DNA of 64,000 nt, taken from the NCBI GenBank assembly GCA_050732935.1, contig JBOHRW010000199.1:1755-65754 (forward strand), in the 5' to 3' direction. Origin of the DNA: Gemmatimonadota bacterium. Its GTDB lineage: Bacteria; Gemmatimonadota; Gemmatimonadetes; JACCXV01; JAHWKZ01. Position 1 is the first letter of the stretch. The number at the start of each line of letters is the position of its first letter. The notes below the pieces were generated by a model. The model was not told where the DNA came from, made no database searches, and worked only from the letters and a program-made list of their open reading frames with translations. Shown here piece after piece: positions 8,620 to 17,354 of the stretch. Made by a program: the position numbers and the translations under genes.

Positions 8620-9789
8620 TCAGGCGAGGGCGCTCATGGCACGCAGCCGGTCGACCACCTCGACGACGCGGTCGATCGCGTAATCGATTTCCTCCACCGT
8701 CGTCCAGCGCCCCAGACCGAAGCGGATCGTGCTCTTGCCGAGCTCGTCGTCGTGACCGATCGCCTTCATGACGTGCGACGCTCCCGGCGCGGAGGAGCGG
8801 CAGGCCGAGCCGCTCGATATGCAGATGTCGTCCAGGGAGAGCAGAAGCGCCTCGCCATCCACGTGCAGGATCGAGACGCTCAGATTGTGGGGGAGTCGGT
8901 GCTCGAGATGGCCGTTGACGACGATCTCGTCGATCCTCTCCTCGAGACCGGCCTGGAGGCGATCGCGCAGGGCGGCTAGACGCACACACTCCTCCTCGCG
9001 GTCGGCCTCGCAGATCTCACAGGCGATCCCGAGCCCGACGATGCCGGGCACGTTGTGCGTCCCCGAGCGAAAGCCCCGCTCCTGTCCGCCGCCGAGGAGG
9101 ATCGGATCGAGCTTGATGCGGCGCGGCTTCTGACGCACGTAGAGAGCCCCCACCCCCTTGGGCCCGTAGAATTTGTGGGCCGAGAGCGCGAGCAGGTCCA
9201 CCCCCAGCTCGTCGACGTCCACCGGAATCTTGCCGATCGCCTGCACCGCGTCCGTGTGGACCCAGGCACCGGCCTCGTGGGCGATGGCCGCGATCTCGGC
9301 GATCGGCTCGATCGTGCCGATCTCGTTGTTGGCGAGCATCACGCTCACAAGGACGGTACCGTCTTCGACCGCCTCGGCCACGGCGGCCGGATCCACGAGA
9401 CCCCGCCCGTCGACCGGCAGGAAGGTCACGCTGAAGCCTTCCTCCTCGAGCGCGTGCAGGGGCTCCAGGACCGACTTGTGCTCGGTCGCCACGCTCACCA
9501 CGCGGTCCCCGTCGCCGGCGTCCCGACGCAGGCGCGCCGCGCCCATGAGGGCCAGGTTGTTGGCTTCCGTCGCCCCGCTGGCGAACACGATCTCGGTCGG
9601 CCTCGCGCCGATCGCGTCGGCCACCTTCTGGCGGGCGGTCTCGACCCGCTCTTCCGAGGCGCGTCCCACGGCGTGGCCGCGACTCGAGGGGTTGCCGAAC
9701 TCCTCGTGGAAGAGGGGCAGCATCGCGTCGACCACCCGCGGATCGCAGGGCGATGTGGCGTGATAATCGAGATAGACGGGCTTTTTCAT
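8620..9789 (-). CDS. Cysteine desulfurase, IscS/NifS family (PLP-dependent)
   Basis: MKKPVYLDYHATSP, ATEHKSVLEP, SAHKFYGPKGVGALYV (PLP lysine), SSGSAC active-site loop. Confidence 0.85.
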   Translation of the reverse strand: MKKPVYLDYHATSPCDPRVVDAMLPLFHEEFGNPSSRGHAVGRASEERVETARQKVADAIGARPTEIVFASGATEANNLALMGAARLRRDAGDGDRVVSVATEHKSVLEPLHALEEEGFSVTFLPVDGRGLVDPAAVAEAVEDGTVLVSVMLANNEIGTIEPIAEIAAIAHEAGAWVHTDAVQAIGKIPVDVDELGVDLLALSAHKFYGPKGVGALYVRQKPRRIKLDPILLGGGQERGFRSGTHNVPGIVGLGIACEICEADREEECVRLAALRDRLQAGLEERIDEIVVNGHLEHRLPHNLSVSILHVDGEALLLSLDDICISSGSACRSSAPGASHVMKAIGHDDELGKSTIRFGLGRWTTVEEIDYAIDRVVEVVDRLRAMSALA

Positions 9790-9829
9790 GGAGGTTCCGG
9801 TTGATGATAAGTGCAAGCTCAGGACGAAC

Positions 9830-10810
9830 CTAGGTGGTCTCCCCCACCTCTGCCAGCGCCTCCCGCTTCGCCTCCAGGAGCCTCTGGAAGAGCCTCTCCT
9901 CGCAGGCGTGGAGGGCGGCTCTCCGCGCGTCGAAATCGAACGCGACGGCTTCGATCTCGGCCTCCGTCCCGGCCCGCTCGAGCCGGTAGGCCAGCTCCCG
10001 GTAGAGCGGACCCATGGCGTCCGCCTCCTCCCAGACGCGGGGAAAGGAGAGGCGGTGGAACGGACAAAGCCCGTGAGCGCGGAGAGCCTCCACGTGGGCC
10101 GGGGTCATGTAGCCCTTGTGACGCGCGAATCCGTATTCGGGCCAGCACCGGTCGGCCTCGACCAGCAGTCGGTCCCGCGCCACTTTGGCGACGATCGAGG
10201 CCGCCGCGATCGAGCGCACCCTGCCGTCTCCCCCGACCACCGCCCGATGCGGGACTGGGAAGGTCCGCGGCGGACGCCCGTCCAGGAGGGCCAGGTCGAT
10301 GGCCACACCCAACCGGCGCAGCGCCAGGCGCATCGCATGGAGGCTCGCCTGGTAGATGTTCACGCGATCGATGATGCGCTCGCTGACGATGCCGACGCCG
10401 ACCGCGGAGGCGGCCGCCCGGATCTCCCGGTCGAGGCGCTCCCTCGCCCCGCTGGCGAGTCGCTTCGAATCATCGAGTCCGGCCGGGATCCAGTCGGCGG
10501 GCAGAACCACGGCTGCGGCGACCACCGGACCGGCGATCGGCGCGACCCCGGCCTCGTCGACGCCGGCGGCGATCCGCGCCCCTTCGGTGAGCAGCTCGCG
10601 CTCCGTTTCGAGGAGCCGGACGAGCCGCGCTCGCTCGTGCTCCCGCGCCCGCACCCGGTCGAGATAGCGCCGACCGAGGTCGCGCACCCCGGCCCGATCG
10701 TCCTGGAGCAAATACCGGACTGTCCGACGCCCGACCGACTGGCGCCGAGCCAGGACCGTCGCGATCTCGGAGACGGAGAGGTGCCCGAGCCGCTCCTCGA
10801 AGCCGCTCAA
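9830..10810 (-). CDS. rnhB: Ribonuclease HII with long N- and C-terminal extensions
   Basis: GVDEAGVAPIAGPVVAAAVVL and DDSKRL motifs typical of RNase HII. 326 aa versus the usual 200-260. Confidence 0.8.
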   Translation of the reverse strand: MSGFEERLGHLSVSEIATVLARRQSVGRRTVRYLLQDDRAGVRDLGRRYLDRVRAREHERARLVRLLETERELLTEGARIAAGVDEAGVAPIAGPVVAAAVVLPADWIPAGLDDSKRLASGARERLDREIRAAASAVGVGIVSERIIDRVNIYQASLHAMRLALRRLGVAIDLALLDGRPPRTFPVPHRAVVGGDGRVRSIAAASIVAKVARDRLLVEADRCWPEYGFARHKGYMTPAHVEALRAHGLCPFHRLSFPRVWEEADAMGPLYRELAYRLERAGTEAEIEAVAFDFDARRAALHACEERLFQRLLEAKREALAEVGETT

Positions 10811-10828
10811 GGCACGGCCGGGGGCAGG

Positions 10829-11170
10829 CTACGAGCGCTGACGCTCGCGGATCCGGGCAGCCTTTCCGGAGAGGTTACGCAGGTAGTAGAGCTTGGCACG
10901 GCGGACGCGTCCCTCGCGCACGACCTGGATTTCGGAGACCACAGGGGAATGGAGCGGGAAGATCCGCTCGACCCCGACGCCGTTGGAGACCTTTCGAACG
11001 GTGAACGTCTCGTTGATGCCTCCGCCCTTGCGGCGGATGACGACCCCCTCGAACGCCTGGAGGCGCTCCTTTTCGCCCTCCCGTACACGCACGTTGACGC
11101 GAACGGTGTCACCGGGGCGGAACTCGGGAACATCCTCGCGGAGTTGCTGGTTTTCGTATTCGGCGATCAT
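10829..11170 (-). CDS. rplS: 50S ribosomal protein L19
   Basis: [44 protein letters not shown], the canonical L19 sequence. Confidence 0.95.
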   Translation of the reverse strand: MIAEYENQQLREDVPEFRPGDTVRVNVRVREGEKERLQAFEGVVIRRKGGGINETFTVRKVSNGVGVERIFPLHSPVVSEIQVVREGRVRRAKLYYLRNLSGKAARIRERQRS

Positions 11171-11225
11171 GGGGAACCTCGATTTTCAGGATAGATTGGT
11201 AATATACGCCTCGGTCTCGCGTCCG

Positions 11226-11921
11226 TCACGCGCCACGGGCTTCCTCCTCGGCGCTCCGGCCGATCAGGTCGGGCCGCCGTTCCAAGGTCACCCGGAGCGA
11301 TTCCTCCCGGCGCCACCGTGCGATCGCGGCGTGGTCGCCCGAGAGAAGCACCTCCGGGACCTCCATCCCGCGATAGACGGCGGGCCGGGTGTACGAGGGC
11401 GGGCCCAGGAGCCATTCGTCATGGAACGAGTCGCCCTGTGCGCTGTCGAAGTCTCCCAGCACTCCCGGCAGGAGCCGCGCGACCGCGTCGATCACGGCGA
11501 GGGCGGCGATCTCGCCACCCGACAGAACGAAGTCTCCGGCGGAGATCTCGTCGGTCACGATCGCTTGGCGAACGCGCTCGTCGACGTCCTTGTAGTGCCC
11601 GCAGAGCAGCGTCAGCTCGGGCTCCACGGCGAGCTCGACCGCCACCTCGTGCGTGAACGGCCGACCACGCGCCGAAAGCAGGATGAAGGGCCGCGGCTCC
11701 TCCAGGGCCTCCCAGGCGCGGAAGACGGGCTCCGGCTTCATCACCATGCCTCCACCGCCGCCGTACGGATAGTCATCGGCCTGCTCGCCTTCCTCCACGA
11801 AGTCGCGCAGGTCGATCACGTCCCAGGAGAAGAGGCCCCGCTTGCGGGCCCGACCCGTCATGGACTGGGCGAGCGGCTCCTTGAAGTAGCCGGGAAACAG
11901 GGTCACGACGTTGACGTGCAC
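11226..11921 (-). CDS. trmD: tRNA (guanine37-N1)-methyltransferase TrmD
   Basis: MHVNVVTLFPGYF...DYPYGGGGGMVMKPEP...VLLSGDHAAIARWRR. Confidence 0.95.
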   Translation of the reverse strand: MHVNVVTLFPGYFKEPLAQSMTGRARKRGLFSWDVIDLRDFVEEGEQADDYPYGGGGGMVMKPEPVFRAWEALEEPRPFILLSARGRPFTHEVAVELAVEPELTLLCGHYKDVDERVRQAIVTDEISAGDFVLSGGEIAALAVIDAVARLLPGVLGDFDSAQGDSFHDEWLLGPPSYTRPAVYRGMEVPEVLLSGDHAAIARWRREESLRVTLERRPDLIGRSAEEEARGA

Positions 11922-12427
11922 TACAGCTCCTCCCAGCCTTGCGGCGGATCGACGACGATCGTCTCCTCCCCCACCTCGCGCACGAACTCGCGCACGAACG
12001 GCAGGAGCCGGCGGCCACCGCCGGCCTCTCCGATCTCGAGCACGGCGGCCCCGCCCGGCTCCAGGACGTCGACGATCTCGCCCAGGAGTCGGCCGTCCGC
12101 CGTGCGCACCGCGCGTCCGACGAGGGCGTGCAGGAAGAACTCGCCCTCCTCCCGCGCCCTCTCGGCATCGACGCGGGAGATCACGAGGAACTGACCCACC
12201 GCCTGCTCGGCCACGCTGCGGTTCTCGATGCGGTCCAGCTTCAGCAGGTAGCGGCCCGCGTGGGCCCGGCTGGCCTCGATCAGGATGGGCACCCCATCCC
12301 GGCCCTCGGGGGTCGCGCTCAGGAACAGCTGCCGCCCCGCCGCGAAGCGCTCGGGGTGCCCGGTCAGGGGGAACACGGCCACCTCGCCATGGAGGCCGTG
12401 CGCCTTCACGAGGCGGCCGATCGCCAC
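11921..12427 (-). CDS. rimM: Ribosome maturation factor RimM
   Basis: VAIGRLVKAHGLHGEVAVFPLT...VDPPQGWEEL. GTG start at 12427 verified in sequence. The upstream 90 aa of the ORF-track entry is an alternate-frame shadow of rpsP. Confidence 0.85.
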   Translation of the reverse strand: MAIGRLVKAHGLHGEVAVFPLTGHPERFAAGRQLFLSATPEGRDGVPILIEASRAHAGRYLLKLDRIENRSVAEQAVGQFLVISRVDAERAREEGEFFLHALVGRAVRTADGRLLGEIVDVLEPGGAAVLEIGEAGGGRRLLPFVREFVREVGEETIVVDPPQGWEEL

Positions 12428-12449
12428 GAAGGCCGATCCGGGGTGCAGA

Positions 12450-12860
12450 CTATGCCTCCTCGGCCGAAGCCTCCTCGGCCGGAGCCCCTTCGGCCGGAGC
12501 CCCTTCGGCCGGAGACTCGGTCCGTACCTCCTCCGCCGGTGGCTCGCTCGGGCCGATCTCGCCCTTCGCGCAGTCGCCCCTGGCCGCTCCGGGGGGCCAC
12601 TCGCCCGTCCGGAAGCGCTGCCAGATCCCCACCTGCGAGAGCAGCGAGCGCGCGGTGTCCGTGGGCTCGGCGCCGCTCTCCAGCCAGGCCAGCGCCTTGT
12701 CACGGTCGATTCGGATCTCGGCCGGCTCCGTGCGCGGGTTGTAGGTGCCGATCGTGTCGAGGAAGCGTCCGTCCCGCGGACTCCGCGAGTCGGCCACCAC
12801 GACCCGGTAGACGGGCTGCTTTCTGGCGCCCATGCGCCGCAGCCGGATGCGTACCGCCAT
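12450..12860 (-). CDS. rpsP: 30S ribosomal protein S16 with Ala/Glu/Pro-rich low-complexity C-terminal tail
   Basis: [42 protein letters not shown]. The tail contains [20 protein letters not shown]. Confidence 0.9.
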   Translation of the reverse strand: MAVRIRLRRMGARKQPVYRVVVADSRSPRDGRFLDTIGTYNPRTEPAEIRIDRDKALAWLESGAEPTDTARSLLSQVGIWQRFRTGEWPPGAARGDCAKGEIGPSEPPAEEVRTESPAEGAPAEGAPAEEASAEEA

Positions 12861-12863
12861 GCC

Positions 12864-14183
12864 TTACCTCCTGAAGGGTTGTTGTCTTCCCAGCGTTCCC
12901 TTGAGTCGCTTCATCATCCGGTTCATCTCGTCGAACTGCTTGAGGAGTCGATTGACCTCCTGAACGGTGGTTCCGCTCCCGTTCGCGATCCGCTTCCGGC
13001 GGCTGCCGTTCAGGATCTTCGGCCGGCGCCTCTCGTCCGGCGTCATCGAGAGGACGATGGCCTCGATGCGCTTGATCCGATCGGGGTCGACCTCGACATC
13101 GCGGAGCGCCTTGCCGACGCCGGGGACTAGACCCAGCAGACCATCGAGAGGTCCCATTCGCTTGATCTGGCGCATCGCCACCAGGAAGTCCTCCAGATCG
13201 AACTTCCCGCGACCGCCCAGCTTCGCCTCCAGCCCTTCGGCATCCTCCAGATCGAATGCCTCTTCGGCCTTCTCGACGAGCGTCACGACATCGCCGCGAT
13301 CCAGGATCCGACCCGCCATGCGATCGGGGTGGAAGGGCTCGAGGCCATCCAGCTTCTCACCCACCCCGATGAACTTGATCGGAAGACCGGTCACCGCGTG
13401 GATGGAGAGCGCCGCTCCTCCCCGCGCGTCTCCGTCCAGCTTGGTGAGCACGATCCCGGTCAGCGCGAGGCGCTCGCGAAACGACTCGGCGATCCTCACG
13501 GCCTCCTGCCCGGTCATACCGTCGGCCACCAGCAGGAGCTCGTGCGGCTCGGTCTCCTCCACCACCCGCTCCAGCTCCGTCATCATCTCGTCGTCCACGT
13601 GGAGGCGCCCGGCCGTGTCGACGATCACGACGTTGCGCCGCTCGGCCCGCGCGCGCTCGATCCCCTGCCGCGCGATCTCCTCGGCCCGCCCGCCGTCCCT
13701 ATCCGCCACGACCGGAAGATCGAGCCTGCGCCCCAGGGTCTCGAGCTGCTCGATTGCCGCCGGCCGATGGATGTCCGCCGCGACGAGGAGTGGGCGACGG
13801 CCCTCGTGCTGGAGCCGGCGTGCGAGCTTGCCGGCGGTGGTCGTCTTCCCCGATCCCTGAAGCCCCGCCAGCACGATGACGGTGGGGGGCTGCTTCGACT
13901 CGCGCATCGGAGCGTGGGCGCCGCCCAGCAGGTCGACCAGCTCGTCGTGGACGATTTTGATGACCTGCTGGGCGGGCGTGATCGAGCGCGCCACCTCCTG
14001 TCCGCGGGCTTGCTCCTCGACCCGGGCGCAGAAGTCCCTGGCGACGCGGTAGTTCACGTCGGCCTCGAGGAGGGCCCGGCGGACCTCGCGCATCCCCTCG
14101 GCGATCATTTCGTCATCGAGGATGCCGCGGCTCCGAAAGCGCGCGAAGGCGCCGTCGAGCTTGGCGCTCAGCTCGTCGAACAT
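12864..14183 (-). CDS. ffh: Signal recognition particle protein Ffh
   Basis: GLQGSGKTTTAGKLA, DTAGRLHVDDEMM, C-terminal M-domain. ATG at 14183 (MFDELSAKL) verified. The upstream 51 codons of the ORF-track entry are rejected. Confidence 0.95.
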   Translation of the reverse strand: MFDELSAKLDGAFARFRSRGILDDEMIAEGMREVRRALLEADVNYRVARDFCARVEEQARGQEVARSITPAQQVIKIVHDELVDLLGGAHAPMRESKQPPTVIVLAGLQGSGKTTTAGKLARRLQHEGRRPLLVAADIHRPAAIEQLETLGRRLDLPVVADRDGGRAEEIARQGIERARAERRNVVIVDTAGRLHVDDEMMTELERVVEETEPHELLLVADGMTGQEAVRIAESFRERLALTGIVLTKLDGDARGGAALSIHAVTGLPIKFIGVGEKLDGLEPFHPDRMAGRILDRGDVVTLVEKAEEAFDLEDAEGLEAKLGGRGKFDLEDFLVAMRQIKRMGPLDGLLGLVPGVGKALRDVEVDPDRIKRIEAIVLSMTPDERRRPKILNGSRRKRIANGSGTTVQEVNRLLKQFDEMNRMMKRLKGTLGRQQPFRR

Positions 14184-14384
14184 GGACCTCTTGGGCTGCC
14201 GCGGAACCGATCGATTGCGCGGCTCGAAGACTCGGACACGCCCGCGACCACCGGGGCCGAAGGCGTCGCCCCCGCGGTCCGGGTCGTCCCGGAGGGCGGG
14301 AGAACGGGAATAGACGTGCAAGATAGGCGCGGACACGCGACGCGGCCAGACGCGCCGCGCTCGCGCGGCAGCAGGTTCAGCGGC

Positions 14385-15716
14385 TCAGGTCCGGGCCTCG
14401 AAGAGACGCCACGAAGCGTCCAGGCCTTTCAACGTCCGCTCCCCCCTGTCCTCGAACTCGATCCCCGCCCCCGCCACCAGATCCTTCACTGTCCTCGACA
14501 CGAGTACCTCGCCGGGCCCGGCCTCGGCGAGGACGCGCGACGCGATGTGAACGGCGATACCGCCGATGTCACCGTCCAGCTTCTCGCACTCGCCGGTATG
14601 AAGACCGGCGCGGATCTGGAGACCGCCCTGCCGCGCCCGATCACGGATCGAGAGCGCACAGCGGATCGCCCGCGCCGGCCCGTCGAAGGTCGCCAGGAAG
14701 CCGTCTCCCGTGGTCTTCACCTCGCGACCACGGAACCGCTCGAGCTCCCGACGGACGGCTCCGTTGTGGGTCTCCAGGGTCTCGCGCCACCGCTGGTCAC
14801 CCAGATCCGCCGCCCAGGCCGTCGAGTCCACGATATCGGTGAACAGCACGGTCGCCAGGACGCGGTCGGGATCGGGGCGGCGTATCGACCCCGTCAGAAA
14901 CCTCTGCACCTCGTCCAGCGCCAGATCCATGTCGGGGGTCCACGGCAGATGGTCCTCGCCCGGCAGCTCGACCAGGCGCGCGTTCGGGATGTGACGCGCG
15001 ATGAACCGCGCCTCCTCGATCCGGATGTCGCGATCTCCGATCCGATGCAGCACCAGGGTGGGGACGCGGACGCTGGGGAGGATCGCGGTGACGTCTATCT
15101 GCGTGTTCATCCGTCCCAGCGCGACCGCGGCCGAGGGGCTCGCGCTCATCCGCAGATAGGTGGACCACCAGCTTCGGAACTGGGGATCCCCGGCCAGGCT
15201 GGGAGCCAGGGCTTCCAAATCGACCACGCCGCCCCAATCGCCGGCCACGACCTCGAGCCACTTCTCCCGCTCCCCGGGCGTCGGAGCCCAGGGATAGTCC
15301 GGCGACCAGACGCGCTTCGCGTAGATCCCGTAGGTCACGAGGGCGATCGTCCGCTCGGGATAGGTCGCGGCGAACAGGACGCACATGTTCCCGCCCTCGG
15401 AGTGCCCGAACAGGGCCGCCCGCTCGGAGCCCACCGCGTCCATGACCGCCCGCACGTCGTCCATTCGCTGCTCGATCGTCGGCAGCCCGGAGATCGAGAC
15501 CCGGTCCGACAGCCCGGTGCCTCGCTTGTCGAAGAGGATCAGCCTCGAGAACGACGCCAGACGCCGGTAGTACCGCTCGACCAGCGGGCTCTCCCAGCCG
15601 TACTCGAGATTCGAGACCCATCCCGTCACGTAGACCAGATCGAACGGACCGTCTCCAACCACCTGATAGGCGACGCTGACGTCGCCGCTGCGGGCATAGC
15701 GGGTTTCGGGGCGCAT
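14385..15716 (-). CDS. Alpha/beta-hydrolase fused to class III adenylate/guanylate cyclase domain (LipJ-like architecture)
   Basis: N-terminal half has the GHSEGG nucleophile elbow. C-terminal half has VLFTDIVDSTAWAA, GDGFLATFDGPARAIRCAL and GLHTGECEKLDGDIGGIAVHIASRV cyclase-homology motifs. Confidence 0.8.
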   Translation of the reverse strand: MRPETRYARSGDVSVAYQVVGDGPFDLVYVTGWVSNLEYGWESPLVERYYRRLASFSRLILFDKRGTGLSDRVSISGLPTIEQRMDDVRAVMDAVGSERAALFGHSEGGNMCVLFAATYPERTIALVTYGIYAKRVWSPDYPWAPTPGEREKWLEVVAGDWGGVVDLEALAPSLAGDPQFRSWWSTYLRMSASPSAAVALGRMNTQIDVTAILPSVRVPTLVLHRIGDRDIRIEEARFIARHIPNARLVELPGEDHLPWTPDMDLALDEVQRFLTGSIRRPDPDRVLATVLFTDIVDSTAWAADLGDQRWRETLETHNGAVRRELERFRGREVKTTGDGFLATFDGPARAIRCALSIRDRARQGGLQIRAGLHTGECEKLDGDIGGIAVHIASRVLAEAGPGEVLVSRTVKDLVAGAGIEFEDRGERTLKGLDASWRLFEART

Positions 15717-15856
15717 GGAGGGGAGAGTCTCTCGTCCGGACGGCAGGCCGTCAACGAGCGGCGTGAGAGGATCCTGCGGACCCTCCCCCGTGTGCCAAGC
15801 CGTCTTCCTGACGCCTCGCTACCTGAGCAGCATGTCGCGGTCCGGCCGGCGGCCGC

Positions 15857-16603
15857 TCAGCTTCCGGCTGGGGCGTCCCCTCCCGCCGGCTCCTCGGGGG
15901 CGCGGAGTTTGATCAGGCTCTGATCGAGCTGCTCGCGCTGATCCCACTTGGGGGCCACGTGGTCGTCGTCGGGATTGGCCAGCAGCTCGCTCTGGTCGAC
16001 GAGCTCGAATCCGGCCGCCGTGACCTCGTCGATCACGACCTGATCGGCGATCCGGTGCGCCTCGGTGTCGCGGCCCTCGGCCGCGCGCGCGTCGATGACG
16101 ACGAACAGGCCGTCGGGCGCGAGCGCGCGGCGCACCTCCGTCAGGAAGTCCGGAATCGCCTCCACGTCCACGTCGTGGTAGTTGCGCGAAGTGAAGAAGA
16201 GGTCGAGGCTGTCCGTCGGCAGCGCCTCGACATTCTCCACGTAGATCACGTTCCCGGCGCCGGCGAGGTCACCGGACTCGAGACGGGTCTTGATGTCCTC
16301 CGACATGCCCTCCGGCATCTCGGTGAAGACCACGCCTTCGGGGCCGACCCACTTCGACATGATCCAGGTGTTGTAGCCGGAGCCGGCATGGAAGTCCACC
16401 ACGACATCGCCGGCCTCCAGGCCGATCCACTGGAAAACCTCGATGGGTTTGGAGTACGGATCGCGGGCCTGGTCCTCGGCCGAACGAGCGGGGTCGTTCA
16501 GGTCGACCGGCGCTCCCTGGCCGCCGGGAGTCTCCTGAGCCGTCACCGGGGACGCCAGGAGGGCGATCGCCGAGAGCAGGGTAGAGAAGGTTCGCATGCG
16601 CAT
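15857..16603 (-). CDS. Secreted class I SAM-dependent methyltransferase
   Basis: Signal peptide MRMRTFSTLLSAIALLASPVTAQE. VVDFHAGSGYNTWIM SAM-binding motif. AAGGAG RBS 8 nt before the ATG at 16603. Confidence 0.7.
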   Translation of the reverse strand: MRMRTFSTLLSAIALLASPVTAQETPGGQGAPVDLNDPARSAEDQARDPYSKPIEVFQWIGLEAGDVVVDFHAGSGYNTWIMSKWVGPEGVVFTEMPEGMSEDIKTRLESGDLAGAGNVIYVENVEALPTDSLDLFFTSRNYHDVDVEAIPDFLTEVRRALAPDGLFVVIDARAAEGRDTEAHRIADQVVIDEVTAAGFELVDQSELLANPDDDHVAPKWDQREQLDQSLIKLRAPEEPAGGDAPAGS

Positions 16604-16670
16604 CGTCGTCACTCCTTTTTTCAGAGTCCACTCATGGTACGGCAATCGCGCCTGGTACCACGACCTCAAC

Positions 16671-17354
16671 CTAGCGGCTGGCCATCTCCGCGGCAGCGGC
16701 ATGAAGCACGCGCGTCCTCGCGGCCGGATCGCCCCCCCCGAAGACCCCCGAGCCGCTGACCAGGACGTCCGCGCCGGCGGTGACCACGGCTCCCGCGTTC
16801 GCCGCCTCGATCCCACCGTCCACCTCCAGATGGGGGCGGCTGTCCGGCGCCAGCTCCTCGATCCGCGTGCGAGCTGCGCGCAGCTTCTCCAGGGCGGAGG
16901 GGAGGAACGTCTGCCCGGCCCAGCCCGGGTTGACGCTCATGACGAGGAGGATGTCGATCCCCTCCCACACTTCGTCCACCAACGTGAGAGGCGTCCCAGG
17001 ATTGAGCGCGACGCCCGCCTTTCCCCCCAGCTCGCGGATCCGCTGGAGATGCCGGTGGAGGTGGCGCGTCGCCTCGACATGGAACGTCAAGTGGCTGGCG
17101 CCCGCCTCCACGTACTCCTCGAAAAACTGCTCGGGCTTCTCTACCATGAGGTGCACGTCGATCGGCCGGTCGGTCACCCGTCGGACGGTGCGAATCATCT
17201 CGGCCCCGAAGGTCAGGTTGGGGACGAAGTGACCGTCCATGACATCGACGTGGACCCAGTCGGCGCCGCCCTCGACCACGGCGGCGACCTCGTCCTCGAG
17301 CCTTCCGAAGTCGGCCGCCAGGACGGACGGGGCGACCAGCACCGGACGGCTCAA
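16671..17354 (-). CDS. rpe: Ribulose-phosphate 3-epimerase
   Basis: VAPSVLAADFGRLEDEV...HVDVMDGHFVPNLTFG...VMSVNPGWAGQTF. Confidence 0.95.
   Translation of the reverse strand: MSRPVLVAPSVLAADFGRLEDEVAAVVEGGADWVHVDVMDGHFVPNLTFGAEMIRTVRRVTDRPIDVHLMVEKPEQFFEEYVEAGASHLTFHVEATRHLHRHLQRIRELGGKAGVALNPGTPLTLVDEVWEGIDILLVMSVNPGWAGQTFLPSALEKLRAARTRIEELAPDSRPHLEVDGGIEAANAGAVVTAGADVLVSGSGVFGGGDPAARTRVLHAAAAEMASR

Noticed and set aside
7421-8989. N-terminal extensions of ORF-track entries (also 21381-22589, 49180-50496, 61972-63963, 12864-14336, 22343-23095 and others)
   Set aside because: The track reports the longest ORF from the most upstream ATG/GTG/TTG. Family lengths, conserved N-termini, RBS positions and 4-nt start-stop overlaps support the internal starts used in the feature list.
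9788-12194. 468-aa and 433-aa plus-strand ORFs
   Set aside because: Antisense to rnhB, rplS, trmD and rimM.
14184-14384. 200-nt leader upstream of ffh as a possible regulatory RNA
   Set aside because: Only short GC hairpins are present and nothing matches a known motif by eye. Kept as ordinary promoter/5'UTR.
13329-15923. 864-aa plus-strand ORF
   Set aside because: Opposite strand of ffh and the hydrolase-cyclase gene. No recognisable domains. Composition is R/G/P/D-rich noise.
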